Below are positions 20,410 through 30,225 of a stretch of DNA of 64,000 nt, one piece after another (position 1 is the first letter of the stretch; every line of letters starts with the position of its first letter). The stretch is taken from positions 35,741 to 99,740 of the forward strand of contig MDLA01000168.1 in NCBI GenBank assembly GCA_001730015.1. The letters are read 5' to 3'. The notes beneath the pieces are model-generated. The model was not told the DNA's origin, ran no database searches, and was given only the letters and a program-made list of their open reading frames with translations. Source of the DNA: Chromatiales bacterium (ex Bugula neritina AB1). Its GTDB lineage: Bacteria; Pseudomonadota; Gammaproteobacteria; Granulosicoccales; Granulosicoccaceae. The position numbers were made by a program, and so were the translations under genes.

Positions 20410-22485
20410 TCAGGATTGCAAACCACCCAATTCGGCAACATGCGAAAAGATTCCCCGCAGTTCAGACAGCACTGCCAGCCGGTTATCGCGAACCGCCGGG
20501 TCATCAGCCATCACCATAACCTCTTCAAAGTATACGTCAACCGGCTCCCTTAACGCGGCCAGTGATAACAATGCCCTGGTATAGTCGCCCGTCGCAAACA
20601 TCGGTTCTACCAGTGCCTTGCGTTCTAGTACCATCGCATGCAGCTTACGCTCGGTTTCATTTTCGAACAGCGCTTCATCAATTGGTGCTAAACTCGATAC
20701 CTTGTTTTTCTTTAAGATATTGGAAATACGCTTATTAGCTGCCGCCAGGCTTTGCGCCTCCGGCAGGTTAGAGAAGGCGACTACGGCCTTGATACGCTGA
20801 TCAAAATCGCTTGGAGATGTTGGCCGAACCGACGCTACTGCTTCAAATATCTGAGGGGTCACTCCCTGCGCACTGTAGTAGCCACGCAAGCGTTCGAGCA
20901 TGAAGTCAAACACTTCACTGACAACACTACCTGCATCTGCTTTGTCATTCAGACCATCGGCAGCCTGCTTCAACAGAACTTCCAGATCCAATTCAAGATC
21001 ACGTTCTATGAGCGTGCGCAAAACAGCCAATGCCAGCCGCCTTAAAGCAAACGGATCTTTTACTCCGGTCGGCTTCTGACCGATCGCAAAGATTCCCACC
21101 AGGGTATCAAGGCGATCAGCGATAGCCAGAGACTGGCCAACGCCGGTAGCGGGTAAATGATCGTCTGCATTACGCGGCAGATATTGCTCACTCAACGCAC
21201 GACTCACGGCCTCCGGTTCTTTTTCCAGTGTTGCGTAGTACTCACCCATGATTCCCTGAACCGAAGGGAACTCACCGACCATCTCGGTCATTAAATCGCA
21301 CTTCGACAATTCAGCAGCTCGTCTGATCGCCGCAGCATCAGCGCCTATCTGCGCGGCAATTGTACGTGCCAGATTGCCCACCCGCACGGTCTTATCGTAG
21401 ACACTGCCAAGCCGTGTTTGAAAAACAACATTTTTCAGCGCTTCAATATGGCTTTGCAACGGTTTTTTTCGATCCTGCTGCCAAAAGAACATGGCATCCG
21501 CCAGACGCGGTCGTATAACCACTTCGTTGCCTATGCGAACTTTATCGGGGTTGGTACTCTCGATATTCGATATGGTGATAAACAGCGGCATTAGCTTTTG
21601 CTCAGAATCGAACAAAGGAAAATACTTCTGGTTATCTTTCATGGTTGTGATCAGCACTTCAGAGGGTATATCGAGATATTTTGCTTCGAACTCACCTGCC
21701 ACTGGCACCGGCCATTCAACCAGCGCAGTTACTTCGTCGAGTAACGCTTCATCGACCAGTGCTTCACCATCCAGAGTTTTCGCAGTGGCTTCTATACCCT
21801 GTGCAATAATCTGGCGCCGCTCTTTGAAATCAGCGATAACCTTGCCCTGCTCTTTCAGAGCCGATCGGTAGAGTGACGGATTACCGATGGAAATCTCACC
21901 CGAGTGGTGAAACCGATGCCCGCGGGTGGTGCGGCCGGATTCCAGACCGAGCACAGTCGCCGGAACTACATTCTCTCCGAGCAACATCAGCAACCAATGC
22001 ACAGGCCTTACAAATTCTATATCGCTGTCACCCCAGCGCATACGTTTTGGAATCGGCAGTGCAGCAAGAGAGGCCGCAACGATATCTGGCAGCAGCTGCA
22101 CTGAGTCAGCACCCTCCTGCTCTATATTGCACACCAGCCATTCACCCTTGTCAGTCTTCATTCGATCAAGGTCGGCCACCTCCACGCCGCAAGAGCGAGC
22201 AAAGCCCATAGCAGCTTTACTAGGCTCACCTTTGTCATCAAAGGCGGCAGCTATTGCCGGCCCGCGTTTTTGCAGTTTGCTATCTGCCTGTCGCGTTGGC
22301 ACATCGGCAATTTGTACGGCCAGCCGCCGGGGCGAGGCGTAGACGTGCGTGTCTGCACCATCAATCTTCGCCTCCTGCAGTCCTTTGTTTATGCCTTCTG
22401 CGAATGCGCTAGCGAGTGTTTGCAAAGCCTTCGGCGGCAGCTCTTCAGTACCCAGCTCAACCAGGAAATCTGCTCGATCAGCCAT
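20410..22485 (-). CDS. glyS: glycine--tRNA ligase beta subunit
   Basis: DFLVELGTEELPPKAL and the RPRLADAMFFW region are conserved GlyS sequence. The start was set at ATG 22485 (MADRADFLVELG), immediately after the glyQ stop. Confidence 0.95.
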   Translation of the reverse strand: MADRADFLVELGTEELPPKALQTLASAFAEGINKGLQEAKIDGADTHVYASPRRLAVQIADVPTRQADSKLQKRGPAIAAAFDDKGEPSKAAMGFARSCGVEVADLDRMKTDKGEWLVCNIEQEGADSVQLLPDIVAASLAALPIPKRMRWGDSDIEFVRPVHWLLMLLGENVVPATVLGLESGRTTRGHRFHHSGEISIGNPSLYRSALKEQGKVIADFKERRQIIAQGIEATAKTLDGEALVDEALLDEVTALVEWPVPVAGEFEAKYLDIPSEVLITTMKDNQKYFPLFDSEQKLMPLFITISNIESTNPDKVRIGNEVVIRPRLADAMFFWQQDRKKPLQSHIEALKNVVFQTRLGSVYDKTVRVGNLARTIAAQIGADAAAIRRAAELSKCDLMTEMVGEFPSVQGIMGEYYATLEKEPEAVSRALSEQYLPRNADDHLPATGVGQSLAIADRLDTLVGIFAIGQKPTGVKDPFALRRLALAVLRTLIERDLELDLEVLLKQAADGLNDKADAGSVVSEVFDFMLERLRGYYSAQGVTPQIFEAVASVRPTSPSDFDQRIKAVVAFSNLPEAQSLAAANKRISNILKKNKVSSLAPIDEALFENETERKLHAMVLERKALVEPMFATGDYTRALLSLAALREPVDVYFEEVMVMADDPAVRDNRLAVLSELRGIFSHVAELGGLQS

Positions 22486-22486
22486 G

Positions 22487-23407
22487 CTATGCCACCCTTT
22501 CTTCAGTTGCATTATCATCTATCAAGGGAAAACCGCGTTTTTCGCGGGTGGCAAAATAGGCCTCTGCCACGCCTCTTGCCTGCTGACGAATTCGCAGAAT
22601 AAAACGCTGTCGTTCAGTAACCGATATAGCATGTCGCGCATCGAGCATATTGAACGCATGTGATGCCTTCAACACCTGCTCATAGGCCGGTAGTGGCAAT
22701 TCAAGTTCAGACAATCGCTGCGCCTCCGCCTCATGGTTATCAAACATTGAAAACAATGCTTCTACGTTGGCATGCTCGAAGTTATAGGCTGATTGCTCTA
22801 TTTCATTTTGCAGATAGACGTCTCCGTAGGTAACAGTCGAGTTGCCATGTTGCGACCACACGAGATCATAAACGCTGTCGACACCTTGTATATACATAGC
22901 CAATCGCTCCAGACCATAGGCGATCTCGCCCATAACCGGCCGGCATTCCAATCCACCTACTTGCTGGAAATAGGTAAACTGGGTAACTTCCATACCATTC
23001 AGCCAGACTTCCCAGCCTAATCCCCAGGCACCCAGCGTGGGTGATTCCCAGTTGTCTTCTACAAAACGGATATCGTGGACCAGCGGATCAAAGCCAAGCG
23101 CTTTCAATGAGCCAAGATACAGCTCCTGAAAATGAACGGGGGAAGGCTTCATGACTACCTGAAACTGGAAATAGTGCTGCAGGCGATTGGGGTTTTCACC
23201 GTAGCGGCCATCAGTCGGTCTGCGCGAGCCCTGAACGTGACAGGCACTCCAGGGCTCCGGCCCTATCGCACGCAGAAAGGTTGATGAATGAAATGTGCCG
23301 GCGCCCACTTCCATATCGTAAGGCTGCTGTACCGTACAACCCTGCTCACTCCAGTAGTGCTGCAATGCAGCAATAAGCCCCTGGAATGTAGTCAATTCAT
23401 ATTGCAA
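22487..23407 (-). CDS. glyQ: glycine--tRNA ligase alpha subunit
   Basis: [40 protein letters not shown] and [13 protein letters not shown] are highly conserved GlyQ blocks. The apparent start codon is TTG. Confidence 0.95.
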   Translation of the reverse strand: MQYELTTFQGLIAALQHYWSEQGCTVQQPYDMEVGAGTFHSSTFLRAIGPEPWSACHVQGSRRPTDGRYGENPNRLQHYFQFQVVMKPSPVHFQELYLGSLKALGFDPLVHDIRFVEDNWESPTLGAWGLGWEVWLNGMEVTQFTYFQQVGGLECRPVMGEIAYGLERLAMYIQGVDSVYDLVWSQHGNSTVTYGDVYLQNEIEQSAYNFEHANVEALFSMFDNHEAEAQRLSELELPLPAYEQVLKASHAFNMLDARHAISVTERQRFILRIRQQARGVAEAYFATREKRGFPLIDDNATEERVA

Positions 23408-23602
23408 AAGGAAACTCCCGTTTCAAATAAGGTAGCGGAGACCTGCCAGCCTGCCTGAGTTCGAGTGATCATGAGTAGTAAATCGGCAACCCTCTATTGT
23501 AGCGTGAGCCGACAAGCAAAAAACAGCACACCAGGCCTCGTTTGAGCCATTTCTAACGAACTCGTGTACACTCAGACAACTTGTTTCATTACCAGCTTTT
23601 CA

Positions 23603-23619
23603 CGCACCATATAAGTGCA
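23603..23619. promoter_or_regulatory. candidate NtrC (NRI) binding site upstream of glnA
   Basis: cGCACCATATAaGTGCA matches 10 of the 12 specified bases of the TGCACC-N5-GGTGCA consensus. It lies about 85 bp upstream of the sigma-54 promoter element. Confidence 0.4.
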
Positions 23620-23701
23620 AAGCGAAATGCTATCGCCCCAAAACTGTGCGTTTTTTAATGGAAAACGGGCATATTTGCCCGAATTTACACCATAATTTTT
23701 C

Positions 23702-23717
23702 TGGCATACCAATTGCT
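23702..23717 (+). promoter_or_regulatory. sigma-54 (-24/-12) promoter of glnA
   Basis: TGGCATACCAATTGCT has GG and GC at the canonical spacing of TGGCAC-N5-TTGCW. It lies 85 bp upstream of the glnA ATG. Confidence 0.6.
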
Positions 23718-23801
23718 AAAAGCAAAAGACCTGCCGGAAATCAAAGTCCGTATACCAGATAAATTCGACACCTACTTTTAACCAATTGACTGAGGATTCT
23801 T

Positions 23802-25211
23802 ATGAGCGCTAATGACGTTTTAAATATGATGAAGGAAAACGCAGTAACCTTCGTTGACTTTCGATTTACCGACACACGCGGTAAAGAACAGCACGTTTCC
23901 GTACCCAGCCATCAGGTAGAGGAAGATACCTTCGAAGAAGGCAAAATGTTCGATGGCTCTTCTATCGCCGGCTGGAAAGGTATCGATGCGTCCGACATGA
24001 TCCTGATGCCAGATGCATCTACTGCAGTACTTGATCCGTTCACCGAAGAAGCAACCCTCAATATTCGCTGCGATATCATTGAACCTGACACCATGCTGGG
24101 GTACGAGCGTGATCCGCGTTCCGTTGCGCGACGCGCCGAAGCCTACATGCAATCACAAAATATTGCCGATACCGCCTACTTCGGCCCAGAGCCTGAATTT
24201 TTCATCTTTGACGATGTGCGCTGGGGCACCGAAATGGGCAGCACCTATTTTCACATCGATTCCGAGGAAGCTGCCTGGAACACCGGGAAAGAAATACCCG
24301 GCGGCAATACTGGCCATCGGCCCGGCGTCAAGGGCGGCTACTTTCCAGTACCTCCGGTCGATTCACTGCACGATATTCGAGCAGAAATGTGTGTAGTCAT
24401 GGAGCAAATGGGTCTGACTGTCGAAGTGCATCACCACGAAGTTGGCACCGCTGGCCAGTGCGAAATAGGCACCCTGTTTAATACTCTGGTGAAACGCGCC
24501 GACGAAGTACAGATCCTCAAGTACGTGGTACAAAACGTTGCTCATTTACACGGCAAAACAGCGACATTTATGCCCAAGCCTCTCGTTGGCGATAACGGTA
24601 GCGGCATGCACGTGCATCAGTCACTTGCCAAAGGTGGCGAAAACCTGTTCGCCGGTGACGAATACGGCGGGTTGTCGGAAACCGCGCTTCACTACATTGG
24701 CGGCACTATCAAGCATGCCAAAGCAATCAACGCTTTTGCAAACGCCTCTACCAACAGCTACAAGCGATTAGTTCCAGGATTTGAAGCACCGGTAATGCTG
24801 GCTTACTCTGCCCGCAATCGCTCGGCTTCCGTGCGGATTCCGCATGTATCAAGCCCCAAGGCTCGACGAATCGAAGTACGGTTCCCTGACCCGACCGGCA
24901 ACCCGTACTTAACTTTCACCGCTTTGCTTATGGCCGGACTCGACGGAATAAAGAACAAAATTCATCCGGGCGATGCCATGGATAAAGATCTTTACGACCT
25001 GCCTCCTGAAGAAGCCAAACAGATTCCTCAAGTTGCACACTCTCTGGACCAGGCCCTCGACGCACTTGATTCTGATCGCGCTTTCCTGACCGCAGGCGGC
25101 GTTATGACCGACGATATGATCGATGCCTACATTGCGCTCAAGATGGAAGAAGTCACCCGCCTGCGCATGGCGACTCATCCGGTGGAGTTTGACCAGTACT
25201 ACAGCCTCTAG
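23802..25211 (+). CDS. glnA: type I glutamine synthetase
   Basis: The protein is 469 aa. [26 protein letters not shown] and the adenylylation-site region [11 protein letters not shown] are present. Confidence 0.97.
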   Translation: MSANDVLNMMKENAVTFVDFRFTDTRGKEQHVSVPSHQVEEDTFEEGKMFDGSSIAGWKGIDASDMILMPDASTAVLDPFTEEATLNIRCDIIEPDTMLGYERDPRSVARRAEAYMQSQNIADTAYFGPEPEFFIFDDVRWGTEMGSTYFHIDSEEAAWNTGKEIPGGNTGHRPGVKGGYFPVPPVDSLHDIRAEMCVVMEQMGLTVEVHHHEVGTAGQCEIGTLFNTLVKRADEVQILKYVVQNVAHLHGKTATFMPKPLVGDNGSGMHVHQSLAKGGENLFAGDEYGGLSETALHYIGGTIKHAKAINAFANASTNSYKRLVPGFEAPVMLAYSARNRSASVRIPHVSSPKARRIEVRFPDPTGNPYLTFTALLMAGLDGIKNKIHPGDAMDKDLYDLPPEEAKQIPQVAHSLDQALDALDSDRAFLTAGGVMTDDMIDAYIALKMEEVTRLRMATHPVEFDQYYSL

Positions 25212-25221
25212 CACTCTTGCT

Positions 25222-25253
25222 CTTGCGGCAGGAAAACACTGCCCTGCCGCAAG
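25222..25253 (+). terminator. hairpin / partial terminator after glnA
   Basis: An 11-bp perfect stem CTTGCGGCAGG / CCTGCCGCAAG with a 10-nt loop sits 10 nt after the glnA stop. It is followed by AATTTGTG, a weak U-tract. Confidence 0.5.
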
Positions 25254-25341
25254 AATTTGTGCAAAAGGTTATCCCTTCCAAAGATACGGGCCTGATTATT
25301 GTCTTGCGATAACCAGAGTCAACTTTTTGGAGCACCTGCGT

Positions 25342-25911
25342 GTGAGGGATTTTGCTACCCCCCTGTTATTCGCTACTGTCCTGCTGGCCGCGACCAACGT
25401 TTCCACCGCCGGCATCTATAAATACATCGATGAAAACGGCCAGGTCGCCTACAGCGACAAGCAAATCGATGGGGCGGAAAAAATGAATATCAAACACCTG
25501 TCCCGCAGACTGGACCCGGGCTCAGTTACCGAAACCGACCACCACTCTGAAACCGGCAGTGAGACGAAACCGGAAGACTCTGATATATCCTACCAGTCAC
25601 TTGAAATTCTAACGCCGAAGAATGATCGCGTTGTGGCAGATCGCTCTGGCACTGTTGAAGTTATAGTCTTGCCAACACCAAGACTGGGTGCAAGCCACGA
25701 ACTGGTTATCGTTGTCGATGGCAAAGACATCAGCCGCGGCCGCAGCGCAAACATCACGCTGTCACAGGTGCCTCGGGGTTCACACAACGTCGGAGCGAGA
25801 ATACTCGACGCAAACGGCCAAACACTAATCACTGCAACAGAAGCGACCTTTCATATCAAACGACCAATTATTGATCGACAAAGCCCACTCGCTTTTGACA
25901 GCACAAATTAA
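25342..25911 (+). CDS. DUF4124 domain-containing exported protein
   Basis: AGIYKYIDENGQVAYSDKQ is the DUF4124 signature. GTG 25342 is preceded by GGAG (25329-25332) and gives a signal-like VRDFATPLLFATVLLAATNVSTA. The track start at 25123 would overlap glnA. Confidence 0.7.
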   Translation: MRDFATPLLFATVLLAATNVSTAGIYKYIDENGQVAYSDKQIDGAEKMNIKHLSRRLDPGSVTETDHHSETGSETKPEDSDISYQSLEILTPKNDRVVADRSGTVEVIVLPTPRLGASHELVIVVDGKDISRGRSANITLSQVPRGSHNVGARILDANGQTLITATEATFHIKRPIIDRQSPLAFDSTN

Positions 25912-26251
25912 ACTGTCAAAGCTCACCTAACCCGGTTTGTTCACGAAATCGACGGCATACCACTTGATCCTTGATTCCACAGCAAATTTTTTCTCTTGCA
26001 GATATCAAAAAGTATTCGACGCGACAAGAAAATCCACAGTGAAATAAATTCTTTGCGCGCTATGCTCGCCGCTTCATTAATAATCCGGGTTAACACACCG
26101 CAGATATAACCGATAACAGCAATCTGCCGCCAGAATCAGCACTCAGCGCGCGTGCAACAGCGCCCTTCACGCATGAACACTGTGAAGGGTTATCACCTGA
26201 CCGAACCGCAAGTGTTAGAATAGCCAATCCTGAATTTATACCGGCGCCGGA

Positions 26252-27325
26252 TTGAATCCCAACGACAATCTGATAAACAGCACCAGCGTTGCCATAGTAT
26301 CACTGGACGACACCCAGCGTATATTGTGGATGAACGTTTCTGCCGAGGCGATGTTAAGCTGCAGCCAGCGAGTGGCCAGCGGACAGAAAATCTATAAGCT
26401 CTTTGCCCTGCCCGATCAGCTTGTGGCACAAATAAAAGAAACACTGCAAACAGGGCAGATACTGATCAACCGCAAGCTGGAAATCCCTACCCGCCTGCGC
26501 GAAACAGTGCTCGTAGACTGCATTGCAACCCCCATTGATCTAAGCAGCAAAAACCCGAAAGTACTGCTGGAATTAATGAACATTGACCGGCAACATAAAA
26601 TAGCCACCGAGCAGGCACTACTTGAGCAACAGGAGCGGTCACAGAACATTCTGCGCGGTGTAGCACACGAAGTGCTCAACCCACTGGGCGGAATTCGTGG
26701 TGCAGCGCAGCTTCTGGAACAGGAACTTAGCGGGTCATCGCTAACTGAATACACTCAGTTACTGATCAAGGAAGCTGATCGTCTTCGCGATCTGCTGCAA
26801 CGAATGCTTGGATCAAACAGCCGGCCTGAAAAAGGCGCTAATAATATCCACGAAATTCTTGGCTACGTTCGATATCTGCTACTTAATGCCTCACCCGAGC
26901 AAGCGCATGTAACGCTCGATTACGACCCCAGCATCCCGGACTTGTCTTGTGATCGGGGCAAACTGGTGCAGGTGTTTATAAATTTGATCAGCAATGCCAT
27001 GCACGCTGTAAGAGGACAGACAAATCCGGCCATAACATTAAAAACACGGGTTGAAAGAAATTTCACTATTCGCGGCAAGCTCATAAAACTGGTGTGTAAA
27101 ATACAGGTAATAGACAACGGCAAAGGGGTCGACCCCAACCTGGTCGAAACTCTGTTTGATCCCCTGGTTACCGGCAGATCCGGAGGCACGGGCCTCGGAT
27201 TATCAATCGCGCAGTCACTGGTTATGCAGCACGGTGGATTAATCGACTACTACTCAAAAGAGCAGCAAACCGTATTCGAAGTTACGCTCCCCATCGAGGA
27301 CTATGTAGCACGTGCGAGTTTTTAG
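26252..27325 (+). CDS. glnL: nitrogen regulation sensor histidine kinase NtrB (NRII)
   Basis: The H-box GVAHEVLNPLGGIRGAAQLL, the N-box FINLISNAMHA and the G-boxes DNGKGV and GGTGLGLSIA are present. The N-terminus is colinear with E. coli NtrB. The apparent start codon is TTG. Confidence 0.9.
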   Translation: MNPNDNLINSTSVAIVSLDDTQRILWMNVSAEAMLSCSQRVASGQKIYKLFALPDQLVAQIKETLQTGQILINRKLEIPTRLRETVLVDCIATPIDLSSKNPKVLLELMNIDRQHKIATEQALLEQQERSQNILRGVAHEVLNPLGGIRGAAQLLEQELSGSSLTEYTQLLIKEADRLRDLLQRMLGSNSRPEKGANNIHEILGYVRYLLLNASPEQAHVTLDYDPSIPDLSCDRGKLVQVFINLISNAMHAVRGQTNPAITLKTRVERNFTIRGKLIKLVCKIQVIDNGKGVDPNLVETLFDPLVTGRSGGTGLGLSIAQSLVMQHGGLIDYYSKEQQTVFEVTLPIEDYVARASF

Positions 27326-27349
27326 AATGTCATTCAACGGAGCATTTAT

Positions 27350-28753
27350 ATGACACGCAACTGCGTATGGATCGTTGACGACGACCAGTCTATACGCTGG
27401 GTATTGCAACGAGCCTTTCAGCAGGCCGAAATTAGCGTAGACAGTTTCGAAAGTGCTGAAGCTGCGTTCGACGCGCTGCAAAGGCACGCACGAGCACCAG
27501 ATGCAATTGTCAGTGATGTCCGCATGAGCGGCATGAGCGGCCTTGAGCTGCTAACCGCACTGCGCGAAACCGGACAGTCTGCTCCACCGGTAATTATCAT
27601 CACCGCACATGCCGATCTTGACACGGCTGTATCAGCCTATGAAGGTGGCGCATTCGAGTATGTACCCAAACCGTTTGACGTCGACGAAGTAATAGAGATT
27701 ACGCGACGCGCGTTCAGCAACACCACGCGCACAGCGAATCTAATTACAAGAGCACCGAAAGATCAATCCGGGTTGGTGGGTGAGTCTGCACCAATGCAAC
27801 AGCTATATCGCACTATCGGCAGACTCGCCAGATCTCACGCCACCGTTTTAATCAATGGTGAAACCGGCTCAGGCAAGGAATTGATCGCCAAAGCATTGCA
27901 TCAGCACAGCCCGAGATCGGAAGAACCATTCATCGCTTTAAATATGGCCGCTATCTCGCAAGATCTGATGGAAGCCGAATTATTCGGTCACGAAAAAGGC
28001 GCTTTTACCGGAGCTAACGAGCAACGAAAGGGACGATTTGAACAAGCAGACAATGGCACACTGTTTCTCGATGAAATCGGCGATATGCCTGCACAACTGC
28101 AAACTCGTCTATTGCGTGTACTTTCAGAGAACCAGTTCTTCCGGGTTGGAGGACGCACGGCAATTAGCGTCGATGTACGTATCATTGCCGCAACTCACCA
28201 GAACCTTGAAGCAATGGTAGAAAAAAACCTGTTCAGGGAAGACCTTTTCCACCGCCTTAACGTAATACGTATTAACGCTCCGGCGTTGCGTGAGCGACCC
28301 GCAGATATTCCTTTGCTACTGAAGTTTTTTCTGCATCGTGCAGCGGATGAACTGGGAAATATAGAAAAACTGGCCGCACCCGAGCTCATTCAACATCTGC
28401 AGCAACTCAGCTGGCCGGGGAATGTCCGGCAACTGGAAAACCTCGCTCGCTGGCTAACCGTGATGGCGGCCGGACAAGAGCTTCAGATTCACGATTTACC
28501 GCCGGACCTTGCTACCCCCCACAACAATCAAAACATCTCCGGCAGCTGGACGGATTCACTACAAACCTGGGTATTCAACGCTATACAGAACAAAGAACCC
28601 GAAATAGGTAAATTAGCGAGCGAAAAACTTGAAAAAATACTGATTGCCAGCGCCCTTCAGAGCACTGGCAACCGTAAACAGGAAGCGGCACTCATTCTCG
28701 GCTGGGGTCGAAATACACTAACCCGCAAGATGAAGGAGTACGGCATTAAATAG
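27350..28753 (+). CDS. glnG: sigma-54-dependent response regulator NtrC (NRI)
   Basis: It has a receiver domain (WIVDDDQSIRWVL...DVRMSGMSG), an AAA+ domain (GETGSGKELIAKALH, GAFTGA, LFLDEIGDM) and a C-terminal Fis-type HTH (EAALILGWGRNTLTRKMKEYGI). Confidence 0.95.
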   Translation: MTRNCVWIVDDDQSIRWVLQRAFQQAEISVDSFESAEAAFDALQRHARAPDAIVSDVRMSGMSGLELLTALRETGQSAPPVIIITAHADLDTAVSAYEGGAFEYVPKPFDVDEVIEITRRAFSNTTRTANLITRAPKDQSGLVGESAPMQQLYRTIGRLARSHATVLINGETGSGKELIAKALHQHSPRSEEPFIALNMAAISQDLMEAELFGHEKGAFTGANEQRKGRFEQADNGTLFLDEIGDMPAQLQTRLLRVLSENQFFRVGGRTAISVDVRIIAATHQNLEAMVEKNLFREDLFHRLNVIRINAPALRERPADIPLLLKFFLHRAADELGNIEKLAAPELIQHLQQLSWPGNVRQLENLARWLTVMAAGQELQIHDLPPDLATPHNNQNISGSWTDSLQTWVFNAIQNKEPEIGKLASEKLEKILIASALQSTGNRKQEAALILGWGRNTLTRKMKEYGIK

Positions 28754-28756
28754 ACG

Positions 28757-29410
28757 CTACAGCGGCAAGGTAAGTACACCGGCACAGTCGCCAATCTCGC
28801 CTACAACATTCCACTCATTTTCAGCTACACAATCACCATATTCGTCCCCGGCAAACGCTCGCAATCGACCTGTAACCGGACTGCCATCATCTATTTTCAG
28901 ATCCAGTTCATACAGCACCGCTACCGGAATACCCCCTCCAGTAGTCAGCTCATGAGCGGCTGCTGTTCGACCCGTGGCATTTAGTGAGTAGCCGATTTTA
29001 TAAAACCCATTGAACGGATTGCTCGGACAGGTAGCAACCGCGCAAGCGGTGTCTGCTCGACTGGCTACAGCCGCACCATCAAAGCTACCGCTGATAAAAC
29101 CCGCACTCGACAAATGCTGCCAGACAGCACCGGCTTCAGCTTCACTGTCAACAAGCGCATTTGCGTCGCCATTAGCACTACCAGCGGCAATATGAGTGGC
29201 GGCGGTGCCAAAATCTCCCGGCAACGAACGGTATCTGTCTTGAAATGAAATCCAGGCCGTCTCAATTCCGGTTAGATCATTAGCAATGCTTCTGACTCTT
29301 GCGCTGTTAATCATCGATTGCCCTTTCATCACACCACCGAGCAGAAGCCCGATGATCAACAAGACAATAGCGATTTCTATCAATGTAAAACCTTGCTGCT
29401 TTCTACTCAT
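28757..29410 (-). CDS. prepilin-type N-terminal cleavage/methylation protein (candidate major subunit of the local type IV filament module)
   Basis: MSRKQQG|FTLIEIAIVLLIIGLLLGG has Gly-1, Phe+1 and Glu+5. It has its own RBS (AAGAGG) after a 116-nt gap. Its stop lies 3 nt from the ntrC stop, and the two genes converge. Confidence 0.8.
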   Translation of the reverse strand: MSRKQQGFTLIEIAIVLLIIGLLLGGVMKGQSMINSARVRSIANDLTGIETAWISFQDRYRSLPGDFGTAATHIAAGSANGDANALVDSEAEAGAVWQHLSSAGFISGSFDGAAVASRADTACAVATCPSNPFNGFYKIGYSLNATGRTAAAHELTTGGGIPVAVLYELDLKIDDGSPVTGRLRAFAGDEYGDCVAENEWNVVGEIGDCAGVLTLPL

Positions 29411-29526
29411 TACTAATACCTCTTAACTACGTTGGTGAAATATATAATCAGCGGGGTGTAACCACTGATCACGTAAAATCCAGAGTTCGATCAAACATCG
29501 TGAACGGCTTCCGCACTTAAGCAGAC

Positions 29527-30225
29527 CTAAGGCAACACAGCAGCCTTTACGAGCTCCGTATAAAGAATATTCTCCGACAACCAAACAACAAGATCATCGT
29601 ATTGATCATCACCGGACGTATCAAAATCCCTGCTGACGAACCGGTTATCTGAGTCCCGGTTTTCAAGCTCATCGGCAGAACCGGTTGAACGCATCGCACC
29701 TTCTGAAACAAGTACTACAGGTATCTGGTTGGCACGGAGCTGCCGACAGGAAGTTGATTCATCGCAAATTTCAAACTGAGGGGCCAGAAACTGCAACCCT
29801 ACATCAGCCATCTCGCCAGCTGTTGTAAAGTCCGGCACACCATCGCCATCAGCATCTGCGCCACTCACACTGTATTTGAGCGGTACGCCCCAGGCATCGA
29901 GCAGCAAGCCATCACTGTTATAACGCCCTGAGACTCCGAGCAACGCTGCGGGCACAAACCCATGCTCGAGCGTGCAATCACCTTCGGGCTGGTCGCCTGT
30001 GATAACCGGACACGGAAGCCGATGACGCGTAATAGCAAAGCCTAATAGTGCATCACGAATGTCATAGAGTTGTGCTACCGATGCTTTTCTTTTTTTCTCT
30101 ATGAAGCTCGCGCCGAACGGTTCCAGCACAGAACCCAGTAGCGCGCCCATGATTACCAATACCATAGCTATCTCCAGCAAGCTAAACCCCTGCTGGCGAT
30201 CGCGGAATACCTTTGAAACCGCCAT
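29527..30225 (-). CDS. prepilin-type N-terminal cleavage/methylation protein (minor pilin-like)
   Basis: MAVSKVFRDRQQG|FSLLEIAMVLVIMGALLG is a class III signal with Glu+5. Its ATG overlaps the upstream stop as TAATG. Confidence 0.8.
   Translation of the reverse strand: MAVSKVFRDRQQGFSLLEIAMVLVIMGALLGSVLEPFGASFIEKKRKASVAQLYDIRDALLGFAITRHRLPCPVITGDQPEGDCTLEHGFVPAALLGVSGRYNSDGLLLDAWGVPLKYSVSGADADGDGVPDFTTAGEMADVGLQFLAPQFEICDESTSCRQLRANQIPVVLVSEGAMRSTGSADELENRDSDNRFVSRDFDTSGDDQYDDLVVWLSENILYTELVKAAVLP

Noticed and set aside
20410-23020. Many 60-140-aa ORFs antisense to or out of frame within glyS/glyQ, and similarly within rpoD, pqiB, tkt, pgk, iorB and the T4F genes
   Set aside because: They lie inside strongly conserved genes on the opposite strand or in another frame. 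Their compositions (Arg/Ser/Ala-rich) are typical of shadow ORFs.
25123-25341. Long N-terminal extension of the DUF4124 ORF overlapping the glnA 3' end and its terminator hairpin
   Set aside because: The extension overlaps glnA coding sequence and the hairpin. GTG 25342 has a GGAG RBS and yields a proper signal peptide.
29411-29526. Sigma-54 promoter in front of the last pilin gene (TGGTTACACCCCGCT on the minus strand)
   Set aside because: The GG-to-GC spacing is one nucleotide short of the canonical -24/-12 geometry, and the -12 region lacks TTGC.
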